Under the pieces are notes generated by a model. The model saw only the letters and a program-made list of their open reading frames with translations, was not told the origin of the DNA and ran no database searches. Shown here piece by piece: positions 15,078 to 24,024 of a DNA stretch of 42,547 nucleotides. Position numbers and translations under genes: made by a program. This DNA comes from a virus (taxonomy: Duplodnaviria; Caudoviricetes): IMG/VR virus record IMGVR_UViG_3300037463_000059, positions 1-42,547 of that record. One strand, given 5' to 3'. How positions within the stretch are numbered: position 1 is the stretch's first letter; each line of letters begins with the position of its first letter.

Positions 15078-18000
15078 GTGTCGGGCGGGGGTGAGAGCCG
15101 GGGGCGTAGTGCGCCCGCCGGCCGGAGAGGCGACCGCCCCAATCCCCTCCTCGAGGCGGCGCTCGACTTCGCCCGGCGCGGGTGGCCGGTCATGCCGTGC
15201 AGCATGGCGGACAAGCACCCGCTCCTCCCCAAGGACAAGGACGCGGCCGGCAAGCCGGTGCCGAGATCCGGGGGGCTGAGCAAGGCGAGCTGCGATGCGG
15301 CGACGATCCGGGCCTGGTGGGGGATCAAGTGGCCGCTGGCGATGATCGGGCTGGCGACGGGGCACGGGCGGCTGTTCGTCGTCGACTTCGACCCCCGCGT
15401 CGAGGAGGTCACCGATCCCGAGACCGGGGAGGTCACCGGCACCCGCGAATGGACGCTCGAGCAGCTCAAGGCCGAGCTCGAGGCGCAGATCGGCGGCGCC
15501 TTGCCGCCGACCCTGGCGGCCATGACTCCGTCGGGCGGGGTCCACCTCTATTTCCTCTGGCCCGACGACGGCGGCGAGCCGATCCGCAACCGGGGCAACC
15601 TGCCCGAGCATGTCGACGTCCGGGGCCTGGGCGGCTACGTCGTCGCCCCGCCGAGCGTGATGGAGGACGGCCGGCGCTACCGTTGGCTCCGAGGGCTCGG
15701 GCCGGACGACGTCGCGATCGCGGACGCGCCGGCGGCTCTGGTCGAGATCCTGCGATCGCCGAAAAGGGGCGCCCTGGGCGCCCAGGAGCGCCGCCAGGCG
15801 CCGACCGGCGCGCCGGCGGGGGTCGAGGCCGTCGCGGACGAGGCGGTGCGCAAATACGCTTTGGCGGGCCTCGACGCCGAGCTTCAGGCGGTGCGGGGCG
15901 CGGGATCCGGCCGGAGGAACGCCCAGCTCAACGAGAGCGCCCTCAAGATCGCCTCGCTGGTCGCCGCGGGGGCGCTCGACGCTACCCTCGCCCGGTTCAG
16001 CCTCGAGGCGGCGGCGCGCGACAATCCCGGGCGCGATTCGGACGCGCAGCTGATCGCGACGATCGAGAGCGGCTGGTCCGCAGGGATGAACGCACCGCGC
16101 GACCTCGCAGAGGTCGCTCAATCCGCACGGCTCCGGGGGGGCCGTGCCCGCGGGGCGTCCTCGCGGTCGTCCTCCGGCGCGCCCCCGCGCCCCCCTGCCC
16201 CCGCGCCCCCGCGACGATCGCGAAGTTCCGGCGACCCTTCCGGTCCGGAAGCCCTGGCTCGCCAAATGACAGACGAGGGGTCCGGGGAATCGTTCGGCGC
16301 CGAGGGGCTGCGTGAGCTCGGCGAGGCCGACGTCTGGCGGCTCCGGCGCATCGCTTCGGCCTGGCTGGCTGGGCGGCTGGAGCGGGTCGAGCGGAGCCGG
16401 GACGCGCTGACGGCGCTGGCATGGGGGATCGGGCGCAGGGTGTCGGCCGGGCTGCTCGACGAAGGCGAGGCCAAGGAGGCGATCTGGCCGGCCTGCGAGG
16501 ACGTCGCCGACGTCTCCCACGCCGATATCGACCGGGCGATCGAGGACGGGATGGCGCGCGGCTTCGATCCGGGGCCGGTCCTGGCCGACCTCGGCTGCGC
16601 GCTCCGGCCGATGACCGATTTCGGCCTCGCCGAGCGGTTCCTCGAACGGCACGGCGACCGGTTCCTGTTCACCACGGCCAAGGGCTGGCTGGGCTGGGAC
16701 GGGCGGGTGTGGAAGGTGCTCGACCAGGACAAGGAGACCCTTCCCGCCCCGCTCATCGCCGCGGTCTTCGGCACGATCCGCGACGTCCAGCGCGAGGCGC
16801 GGCGGATCGCCGAGACCGGGATCAAGTTCGCTCTGGTCGACAAGGGCAGGCAGAAGGAACTCGATCTCGGCGAGGAGGCCGTCCACGCGCTCGATCACTG
16901 GGTTCCGGTCGGGCGCGGCTGGAAGCGCTTCTCGACGATGCTGGCGGCCTGGGGGCGGCAGTGCGAGCAGGCGGGCAAGCCGGCCGCGATTGCGAACCTG
17001 GTGCGGGGCACTCCCGGGCTCGACCGGGACAAGTGGCTGACCGTGGCGATCGAGGATTTCGACCGCGAGAAGCTCGCCGTCAACGTGCTCAACGGGACGC
17101 TCCGGTTCGAGATCGAAGGGCGGGCCGGGCCCGATTCCGTTCCGGTGGCGTCGGTCCGGCTCGACCCGCACCGGCGGGAGGACCGGCTGACCCGGATCGC
17201 GGCCGTCGCCTACGATCCGAAGGCGGTCTGCCCGCTCTACGACGCCATGTTCGAATGGGCCCAGCCTCTGGCCCAGATGCGGCGCTATCTCCACCAGATC
17301 GGCGGCTATGCGGCGACGGCCGACACCGGCGAGCAGAAGCTGTGGTTCAACTACGGGCGGGGCGGCAACGGCAAGTCGACCGCGATCGACAGCTGGTGCT
17401 CGGCGCTCGGCGACTATTCCGGGACGATCGGCATCGAGAGCTTCCTCGACCAGGGGGTGAAGAAGCGCGGCGACCAGGCGACGCCGGACCTCGCCCGGCT
17501 GACCGGGGTGAGGATGCTGAGGGCCTCCGAGCCCGAGCGGGGCGCCAAGCTCAACGCCGCTTTGGTCAAGGCGGCGACGGGGGGCGAGCCGATGGCGGTG
17601 CGGGCGCTGCACCGGGGGTTCTTCGATCTCCAGCCGCAGTTCAAGCTGCTGATGAGCGGCAATTCCAAGCCCGACATACCCGACACGGACGAGGGCATCT
17701 GGCGGCGGATGAAGCTGGTCCCCTGGCTCCGCAACATCGACAAGCCGGAGGAGTGGCCGGAGGAGGACCGGGCGAGCTGGCCCGACAAGGATCCCAAGCT
17801 GCTCGACAAGATCAAGGCGGGCGAGCTTCCGGGCGTGTTCAACCGGCTGGTCGCGGGCCTGTGCGACTGGCTCGAGCACGGGCTGGTCGAGCCGGCCGAG
17901 GTCAGCGCGGCCACCCAGGCCTATCGCGACCAGAGCGACCCGCTCGCCCGCTTCCTCAGCCTGTGCACCGAACCGGCGCCGAAGGACGAGCGGGTGAAGT

Positions 18001-18323
18001 CGAGCGAGCTCCACGCCGTGTTCGAGGCCTGGTGCAAGGCGGCCGGCGAGAAGGCGTGGAGCGCCAAGGGCTTCGCCAACGCGATGATCGACAAGGGCTT
18101 CACCAAGACCCGCAGCGACGGGATGCGATGGGAGGGGCTGAGGCTGGTTCGGAGCGTGTCCGACTTCGTCGATTCAGAGGGGAGGGTGCTGGAGACCCTG
18201 CCCGATCTCGATGCGGCCGAGCCTCAGAAGCCGCTCTGGCCCGGGGGGACGGGCGGGACCGGGCCGCCCAGGCGCGGCCGGATGGCATCGCTCGACGACG
18301 ATGACGAGGGGCTGCCGATCTGA
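15078..18323 (+). CDS. Bifunctional PrimPol fused to D5/P4-family SF3 helicase
   Basis: IGLATG...VVDFD, TPSGGVHLYF, DVRGLGGYVVAPPS; GRGGNGKST Walker A, ASE, KAATGGE, DEGIWRRM. Confidence 0.95.
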   Translation: MSGGGESRGRSAPAGRRGDRPNPLLEAALDFARRGWPVMPCSMADKHPLLPKDKDAAGKPVPRSGGLSKASCDAATIRAWWGIKWPLAMIGLATGHGRLFVVDFDPRVEEVTDPETGEVTGTREWTLEQLKAELEAQIGGALPPTLAAMTPSGGVHLYFLWPDDGGEPIRNRGNLPEHVDVRGLGGYVVAPPSVMEDGRRYRWLRGLGPDDVAIADAPAALVEILRSPKRGALGAQERRQAPTGAPAGVEAVADEAVRKYALAGLDAELQAVRGAGSGRRNAQLNESALKIASLVAAGALDATLARFSLEAAARDNPGRDSDAQLIATIESGWSAGMNAPRDLAEVAQSARLRGGRARGASSRSSSGAPPRPPAPAPPRRSRSSGDPSGPEALARQMTDEGSGESFGAEGLRELGEADVWRLRRIASAWLAGRLERVERSRDALTALAWGIGRRVSAGLLDEGEAKEAIWPACEDVADVSHADIDRAIEDGMARGFDPGPVLADLGCALRPMTDFGLAERFLERHGDRFLFTTAKGWLGWDGRVWKVLDQDKETLPAPLIAAVFGTIRDVQREARRIAETGIKFALVDKGRQKELDLGEEAVHALDHWVPVGRGWKRFSTMLAAWGRQCEQAGKPAAIANLVRGTPGLDRDKWLTVAIEDFDREKLAVNVLNGTLRFEIEGRAGPDSVPVASVRLDPHRREDRLTRIAAVAYDPKAVCPLYDAMFEWAQPLAQMRRYLHQIGGYAATADTGEQKLWFNYGRGGNGKSTAIDSWCSALGDYSGTIGIESFLDQGVKKRGDQATPDLARLTGVRMLRASEPERGAKLNAALVKAATGGEPMAVRALHRGFFDLQPQFKLLMSGNSKPDIPDTDEGIWRRMKLVPWLRNIDKPEEWPEEDRASWPDKDPKLLDKIKAGELPGVFNRLVAGLCDWLEHGLVEPAEVSAATQAYRDQSDPLARFLSLCTEPAPKDERVKSSELHAVFEAWCKAAGEKAWSAKGFANAMIDKGFTKTRSDGMRWEGLRLVRSVSDFVDSEGRVLETLPDLDAAEPQKPLWPGGTGGTGPPRRGRMASLDDDDEGLPI

Positions 18324-18328
18324 TCCCA

Positions 18329-18593
18329 TCTTTCCGGACGGAAGGATGGCGGAACCGTCGGTGGAAGCGAGAAGACGCGGATTTCTGCGGCTTTGGAAGG
18401 GTTGGAAGCTTGGGCGCGAGGTTGGATCATATGTGCGGGCATGCGGGCGTGCGCAGGTGGAGAAAATGAAGGCTTATGCTTCCAATCCTTCCAGTCTTTC
18501 CGGATGCTTGAATTAAAGGAGTATGTTCAGTGGTTTATGAAAGTTCGGGTAGCGGAAGGGTCGAGGTCGGGGGTTCCGATGGCGGAAGGGTCG
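18329..18593. other. Putative replication origin with GGAAG iteron-like repeats
   Basis: Inverted repeat TGGAAGGGTTGGAAGC (18394-18409) / GCTTCCAATCCTTCCA (18478-18493); direct repeats TCTTTCCGGA (18329, 18495) and GCGGAAGGGTCG (18552, 18582). Confidence 0.55.
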
Positions 18594-19180
18594 GCGAGAC
18601 CGGCGCTGCCTTCTGGAGCTATGACGCGGTCGAGGCGCGGCTGGTGGAGGCGGTGCGGTGCCGGTGGCGGATGTCGGGCGGCGGGCGCTGGCCCTTCGCC
18701 GGGGACGGGCCGTGGCATCTGATCCCGAAGGCGGCTCGGGCTGAGACGCTCGCCGACTTCCTGCTCGACCAGGCGCAGATGGGCCGGGACGAGGCGCCGC
18801 GGGAGGGGCCGCCGTCGCGCGCCGAGATCGGGGCGATGGAGGAGGCCGAGGAGTGGCTGACCTATGTGGAGGACGACGGGCAGAGGGTGGCGCTCGCCGG
18901 TGGGCTGATCGACCGGACGAAGGGGCGCAAGCGGGTGGGGTGGAAGGCTCTTCGCGACCGGCTCGGCGAGGCGGTGACGCCGGCGGGGCTGGAACGGCGC
19001 TACGCGCGGGCGGTGGCGCTGATCGCGGGGGTGCTGAACGCGACGGCGGGGGGTGGGGTCAGTAATCTGGATCGCGGGTTGGGGCGGTTGCCGGAGGATG
19101 TTCGGCGGGTTGTCGAGCGTCTGAAAATGGCGGAAAACTGCGGCGGTAGGCTGTCAAGCCCAGAAATGATCGAACGATGA
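18530..19180 (+). CDS. DUF6362-like protein, probable late-gene regulator
   Basis: AAGGAG RBS; WSYDAVEARLVEA...EIGAMEEAEEWL...WK...RRYARAVALIAGVLN; Q-like position. Confidence 0.75.
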   Translation: MVYESSGSGRVEVGGSDGGRVGETGAAFWSYDAVEARLVEAVRCRWRMSGGGRWPFAGDGPWHLIPKAARAETLADFLLDQAQMGRDEAPREGPPSRAEIGAMEEAEEWLTYVEDDGQRVALAGGLIDRTKGRKRVGWKALRDRLGEAVTPAGLERRYARAVALIAGVLNATAGGGVSNLDRGLGRLPEDVRRVVERLKMAENCGGRLSSPEMIER

Positions 19181-19344
19181 ATTTTAGGGTGTTGGTCTAC
19201 GGGGCTGAAAGCGCCTATTTCTCGATATATTGGGCGAACCCGTTTGCACAGGGGGTTTCCCGTCGGATGGAGGATGGAGATGCGCGGCTTCTGACCTTGG
19301 GCGGGCCGGCCTTCGGGCCTCCCGCATGGTCGGGGGGTGCCCTT

Positions 19345-19390
19345 GGGTCCTTCCTGAGACCTAAACCGTATGCGGGGACCGAAGGCGCGG
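19345..19390 (+). other. Lambda-type cos site (cosQ plus cosN)
   Basis: GGGTCCT (same as lambda cosQ) then 23 nt ending GCG, then GGGACCGAAGG-CGCGG; lambda has GGGTCCT-23 nt-GGGCGGCGACCT-CGCGG. Confidence 0.75.
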
Positions 19391-19465
19391 CGCGTTCGGC
19401 TGTGCGATATTTTTTCCGCGCTTGCTGTTGTTCTTCCGGTTTCGGTTTCAACGTCTTAGCCTTGG

Positions 19466-19540
19466 CGCACGGTGGAGCAGCGGCAGCTCGTCTGGCTCAT
19501 AACCAGAAGGTCGCGGGTTCAAGTCCCGCCCGTGCAACCA
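19466..19540 (+). tRNA. tRNA-Met(CAT), initiator type, encoded CCA
   Basis: Cloverleaf: CGCACGG/CCGTGCA with C1:A72 mismatch, D stem GAGC/GCTC, anticodon arm TCTGG-CTCATAA-CCAGA, T arm GCGGG-TTCAAGT-CCCGC, ACCA end. Confidence 0.95.
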
Positions 19541-19556
19541 GGCCGAGGTCCGGCCG

Positions 19557-20171
19557 GTGAGGGGGAACCTCGCGGATCTGGCGGCGACGGGGCTGGCGAG
19601 CGAGCCGACGCTGAGGAAGTGGATCGCGGCGGAGCCCGACCAGCCCTGGATATTGAAGCGCGGATCGAACGGCGACGCCTATGAGATCGACCTCGCCGGA
19701 GCGGCCAAGGCGTTCCGGACGCGCGAGGCGGCAAAGGCGGAGGAAGCGCGCAGGCGCGCCGACGACCTTCGCCAGTTCGGCCTCGAGCTCGGGCTGAGCG
19801 GCGGCGAGGAATCGACCGCCGAGATATCGATCGCGGAGCGAAAACAACTCCTCGAGGAGGAGCTGGTCGCGATAAAGCTGGCGAGGCTGCGCGGCGAGCT
19901 GGTGCCCTATGCCGAGGTCCAGTCGGCGATCGGCGACGTGCTGGTCAAGGTCGGCCAGCGGATGCGGACCTTCTCCGGCCGGCTGGCGAAAAAGATCGAC
20001 CTGACGCGCGAGCAGATCGCCGCCATCGACCGGCTGATGGAGGCCGACCGGGGCGAGCTCGCCGATCAGATGGAGAAGGCGGAGAAAAGGATTGGCGAGC
20101 GCGGCTCAGATCCCGGCGGGACGGACGGCGCCGAGGGTGCCGCCCCCGCGGTGGAGGATACCGCCGTTTAG
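19557..20171 (+). CDS. terS: Terminase small subunit (Nu1-like)
   Basis: N-terminal HTH (SEPTLRKW), coiled coil KLARLRGELVP; directly upstream of large subunit. Confidence 0.85.
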   Translation: MRGNLADLAATGLASEPTLRKWIAAEPDQPWILKRGSNGDAYEIDLAGAAKAFRTREAAKAEEARRRADDLRQFGLELGLSGGEESTAEISIAERKQLLEEELVAIKLARLRGELVPYAEVQSAIGDVLVKVGQRMRTFSGRLAKKIDLTREQIAAIDRLMEADRGELADQMEKAEKRIGERGSDPGGTDGAEGAAPAVEDTAV

Positions 20172-22272
20172 GACGGCCGCGGAACTCCTGCGCAGCCAGG
20201 CCCATCTGCTTCGTCCTCGGGAGAAGCTCAGCGTCAGCGCGTGGGCGATCAAGCATCAGGGCTTCGATCCGGAAGTGCTGCCTTGGGCGCCGGAGGTGAT
20301 GGATTCGCTGAGCGATCCGAGCACCGCCGAGACAGGGCTGATGGGGCCTAGCCAGGGTGGCAAGACGACGATAGGCTTGGCCTGGACCGGGTGGATCATC
20401 GACACGGATCCGGATGAGACCCTGATCGCGCAGCCGAGCCAGAACCTGGCGCAAGTGTTCGTCGAGACCCGGGTCAACCCGATGATCGACAATACCGAGG
20501 CGGTGAAGGCCAAGCTTTCGCCGGACCTCAACGCCAACAATCTGTGGCTAAAGAAATTCCGGGGGATGCATCTCTTCTCGGTCTGGCCGGTGGCGGCGCA
20601 GTTCGCGCAGCGTCCGGTCCGCTACGCCTGGCTCGACGATTACGACCAGTTCCCCGACGACATCGAGGGGCAGGGATCGGCGATTACCCTCGCGGGCGGG
20701 CGCGACGCTTCGTTCGAAGGGCGCGAGAAGAAGTTCGTCTCCTCGTCGCCGGCGGACGACCAGGGCGGCAAGACCGAGGCCTTCGTCGCCGGCGGCACCG
20801 ACGAAAGGCTGAGGCCCGAATGCCCGTCCTGCGGGGACCGGTGGGAGATCGACCTTCTCCGCGACCTTAGGTTCGACGTCAAGGCGGGGCCGGACGAGGC
20901 GGAGACGACGGCGCATGTGGTGTGCGGCGCCAACGGCTGCATCCTCGAGCCGAAGGACCGGCGGGCCCTGCTGAGGAGCCTGGAGACGCTGCCGGCGCAC
21001 GGCTTCGTCGCGGCGAACGACAAGGTGTCGAAGCGCCGGCGGACGTTCCGGATCGACGGGCTGATGGCCCTGACGAGCTGGCCGAAGCTGGCCCGGCTGT
21101 GGCGCGAAGCGCAAATCGAATGGGAGGTCCGGCAGGACGAGACGTTGCTTCGGACCTTCGTCAACACGAAGGCGGGCAAGAATTACCGGTCGCAGCTGAG
21201 CGGCGAGAAGCCGCTCGACGCCGAGACCCTGAAGCTCCGCCGCGAGAAGGGCTGGATGGCCGGGGCGATCCCGGCGGGCGTCAAGGTGTGGGGCATTCAG
21301 ATCGACGTCCAGCACAACCGGGTCGAGTGCCAGGCCTTCGGGTGGGGCGACGGGCTGGAAGGATGGCTGATCAAGCGCTGGCCGATCGACGTGCTCGACG
21401 ACGGGCTGACCACGCTGGCGCCGTTCAGCCATCCCGAGCACAGCGCGGTGCTGCTGCCCTTGTTCAACCTGCGGATGCCGCTCGCCGACGGATCGGGCCT
21501 GTCGCCGCCGCCGCTGACCGTGCAGCTCGACGTCGGCGGCGGCGGCGCCAAGGGCGAGGGGGCGACCGAGTTCGCCAAGGCGTTCTGGAACGCGGCCCGC
21601 GCGCTCGGAATCCACCGGTCGCGGATCACCCTGACCAAGGGCGGCAACCGGCCGACCGCGGACCTGATGCCCCGGGCGAAGTTCGCCGACCAGAAAAGGC
21701 GCGGCGGGGCGAAGAAGACGTCGGCCGAGCTGTGGATTCCGAACGTCCACCGGCTGAAGCACATCGTCGACGCCCGGCTGCGGCGTACGGATCCGGGGCC
21801 CGGCTATATCCACCTGCCCGGCGGCAAGACCGGCGGCGGGGCGCTTCGGCGCGGGCAGGACGAGAATGCAACGGGCCGGCTGCTCGACGAGCACGTCGAG
21901 GAGATCACGGCCGAGGAGCTGCAGAAGGGCCGTTGGGTCAAGGTGCGGCCCCGCAACGAGACCTGGGACCTGCTGGTCGCGGCCTATGCCTCAATCCTCC
22001 GCCCGCCCTTCGCGCAGTCGCGCACCCACATGCGGTGGGTGCCGGCGGCGTTCCGGGTGCCGGAGCAGGAAGGCGGCCAAAGCGATACTTTGGACGAGCG
22101 GGACAAGGCGGGGACGAAGGCGGCAGCACAGGCGAAGGCGGCGACCGCCCCGGCACTGCCGCCCGCGGCACCCGAGGCCACGCCAACTCCCCCGCTGAAG
22201 GCGCAGCGGTTGAATAGGAAATCCTGGGTCAAGCCGCCTCGGGGCGGCCGTTGGCTCGACCGGAGACGCTGA
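20092..22272 (+). CDS. terL: Terminase large subunit, lambda GpA family
   Basis: SVSAWA, GPSQGGKT, CPSCG, FVNT, IDVQ, RNETWDLLV motifs. Confidence 0.95.
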   Translation: MASAAQIPAGRTAPRVPPPRWRIPPFRTAAELLRSQAHLLRPREKLSVSAWAIKHQGFDPEVLPWAPEVMDSLSDPSTAETGLMGPSQGGKTTIGLAWTGWIIDTDPDETLIAQPSQNLAQVFVETRVNPMIDNTEAVKAKLSPDLNANNLWLKKFRGMHLFSVWPVAAQFAQRPVRYAWLDDYDQFPDDIEGQGSAITLAGGRDASFEGREKKFVSSSPADDQGGKTEAFVAGGTDERLRPECPSCGDRWEIDLLRDLRFDVKAGPDEAETTAHVVCGANGCILEPKDRRALLRSLETLPAHGFVAANDKVSKRRRTFRIDGLMALTSWPKLARLWREAQIEWEVRQDETLLRTFVNTKAGKNYRSQLSGEKPLDAETLKLRREKGWMAGAIPAGVKVWGIQIDVQHNRVECQAFGWGDGLEGWLIKRWPIDVLDDGLTTLAPFSHPEHSAVLLPLFNLRMPLADGSGLSPPPLTVQLDVGGGGAKGEGATEFAKAFWNAARALGIHRSRITLTKGGNRPTADLMPRAKFADQKRRGGAKKTSAELWIPNVHRLKHIVDARLRRTDPGPGYIHLPGGKTGGGALRRGQDENATGRLLDEHVEEITAEELQKGRWVKVRPRNETWDLLVAAYASILRPPFAQSRTHMRWVPAAFRVPEQEGGQSDTLDERDKAGTKAAAQAKAATAPALPPAAPEATPTPPLKAQRLNRKSWVKPPRGGRWLDRRR

Positions 22273-22275
22273 AAC

Positions 22276-22491
22276 ATGGCCTGGACACAGAGTGATCTCG
22301 ACCGGATCGACGCGGCGATCGCCAGCGGGGTGAGAAAGGTCACGTTCGCCGATGGGCGGCAGACCGAATATCACGACCTGAATGCGATGATGGCGGCCCG
22401 CCGGGTCGTTGCAACGCAGCTGAAGATGGCCGCGGAGAGCACCAGCGGTGCCATCCGCCGCCGCTTCGCGGCCTACCGAAGCGGGGTCTAA
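22276..22491 (+). CDS. gpW-like head-tail joining protein
   Basis: MAWTQSDLDRIDAAIASGVRKVTFADGRQTEY; position between terminase and portal. Confidence 0.9.
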   Translation: MAWTQSDLDRIDAAIASGVRKVTFADGRQTEYHDLNAMMAARRVVATQLKMAAESTSGAIRRRFAAYRSGV

Positions 22492-22493
22492 GG

Positions 22494-24023
22494 ATGAGGC
22501 AGCGAAGCATCCTCGACCGTGCGATCGCCGCGGTGGCACCGGGCGTCGCGCTCGAGCGCGAGCGGGCCCGGCTGCGCCTGGCGATGGTCGACAAGACCCG
22601 GGCCGAGTTCGACGGGGCCACGCTTGGCCGCCGCTCGCTGGGCTGGCGCAGGTCGCTGCGCAGCGCCAACGGCGAGCTGACGCCGGCAGTGATGGCGGCG
22701 CTGCGGGGAGTCTCGCGCGACCTGGTGCGCAACAACCCCTACGCGGCGCGGGGGAAGCAGGCGTGGGCCGAGCATCTCGTCGGAACGGGGATCACGTTCC
22801 AAGTCTACCGGCGCGGCCCGGACGGCAAAACTGCGATCGATACGAAGCTGAACGATCTGGCGCGCCGCCATTTCGACACGACCGCCTGCGATGCCGAGGG
22901 CCGGCACGACCTTTACGGGCTGCAATTGCAGGCCGCCGGGACGATGGTCGAGAGCGGCGCAGCGCTGATGCGGCGGCGGTGGCGGAAGCTGGGCGAGGGC
23001 TTGCCCCTGCCGTTCCAGCTGCAGCTGCTGGAGCCCGACTATATCGACATGAGCAAGGACGGCCCGCTCGACAGCGACGGTCGGCACCAGGTCAACGGGA
23101 TCGAGTTCGAAGCGAGCGGAAGGCGCAAGCAATATTGGATGAGGGCTGCGCACCCCGGCGAAAAGCGCCTGTTCCTGTTCGAGACGAAGGCGGTGCCGGC
23201 GGAGGACGTGGTGCATTGCTTCCGGGCGGACCGGCCCGAGCAGCAGCACGGCGTGCCCTGGTTCGCTCCGGTGATCATGCGGATGCGCGACTTCGCGGAT
23301 TTCGAGGACGCGCGACTGATGCGCGAGAAGATCGCATCGTGCTTCTCGGTGTTCACCACCGATGCCGAGGGGGAGATCGGCGACTCGACGGCGACTCCGA
23401 CGAGCCCGGACGGTGGCGACGGTGACATGATCGAGGCGCTCGAGCCGGGGATCATCGAGCATCTGCCGCCGGGGCGCGACGTCAAGTTCGCCAATCCCCC
23501 CGGCGTCGAGGGGTATCTCGACTTCTCGCGGGTGAGCCTCAGGGCAGTCGGCGCTGGCCTGCTCGGCCTGCCCTACGAGGTGCTGACCGGGGACCTGTCG
23601 AACGTCAGCTTCATCTCGGGCCGGCTCGGGCGGATCGGCTTCAACCGGTCGGTGTCGACGATCCAGTGGCTGACCTTCATCCCGCAGTTCTGCGAGGGGG
23701 CGGCGCGCTGGTTCCTCGATGCCGCAGCCCTGATCGGCGAGAATGTCGAAGGGGTCTATTTCGAATGGACGACGCCGCGGATCGAGATGACCGATCCGGC
23801 GAGCGAGGTTCCGGCGATCCGCGACGCGATCCGCTCGGGCCAGATGAATTTGAGCGAGGCGATCCGCGAGCGCGGCATCGACCCCGACCGCCATTTCGCG
23901 GAGCGTCAGACCGACAATGCCATGCTGGATCGGCTCGATCTCGTGCTCGACAGCGATCCCCGCAGGGTGACGGCGGTCGGCAATCCCGCGCCGCAGCCCG
24001 GCACCGGAACCGAAAGGAAGTAG
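22494..24023 (+). CDS. Portal protein, lambda family
   Basis: SRDLVRNNPYA, LQLLEPD, GVPWFAPV, YEVLTGDLSNVSF. Confidence 0.96.
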   Translation: MRQRSILDRAIAAVAPGVALERERARLRLAMVDKTRAEFDGATLGRRSLGWRRSLRSANGELTPAVMAALRGVSRDLVRNNPYAARGKQAWAEHLVGTGITFQVYRRGPDGKTAIDTKLNDLARRHFDTTACDAEGRHDLYGLQLQAAGTMVESGAALMRRRWRKLGEGLPLPFQLQLLEPDYIDMSKDGPLDSDGRHQVNGIEFEASGRRKQYWMRAAHPGEKRLFLFETKAVPAEDVVHCFRADRPEQQHGVPWFAPVIMRMRDFADFEDARLMREKIASCFSVFTTDAEGEIGDSTATPTSPDGGDGDMIEALEPGIIEHLPPGRDVKFANPPGVEGYLDFSRVSLRAVGAGLLGLPYEVLTGDLSNVSFISGRLGRIGFNRSVSTIQWLTFIPQFCEGAARWFLDAAALIGENVEGVYFEWTTPRIEMTDPASEVPAIRDAIRSGQMNLSEAIRERGIDPDRHFAERQTDNAMLDRLDLVLDSDPRRVTAVGNPAPQPGTGTERK

Positions 24024-24024
24024 G

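Noticed and set aside
14748-18014. 1088-aa minus-strand ORF
   Set aside because: Antisense shadow of the primase-helicase, typical of high-GC DNA
19466-19540. tRNA as integration (att) site
   Set aside because: Internal to the phage between cos and terS; no duplicate 3' end or integrase seen in the window
20620-20650. Terminase Walker B reads LDDYD rather than DE, suggesting inactivity
   Set aside because: Rest of the gene is intact and, as far as I recall, such variants occur in GpA-family terminases; not evidence of decay
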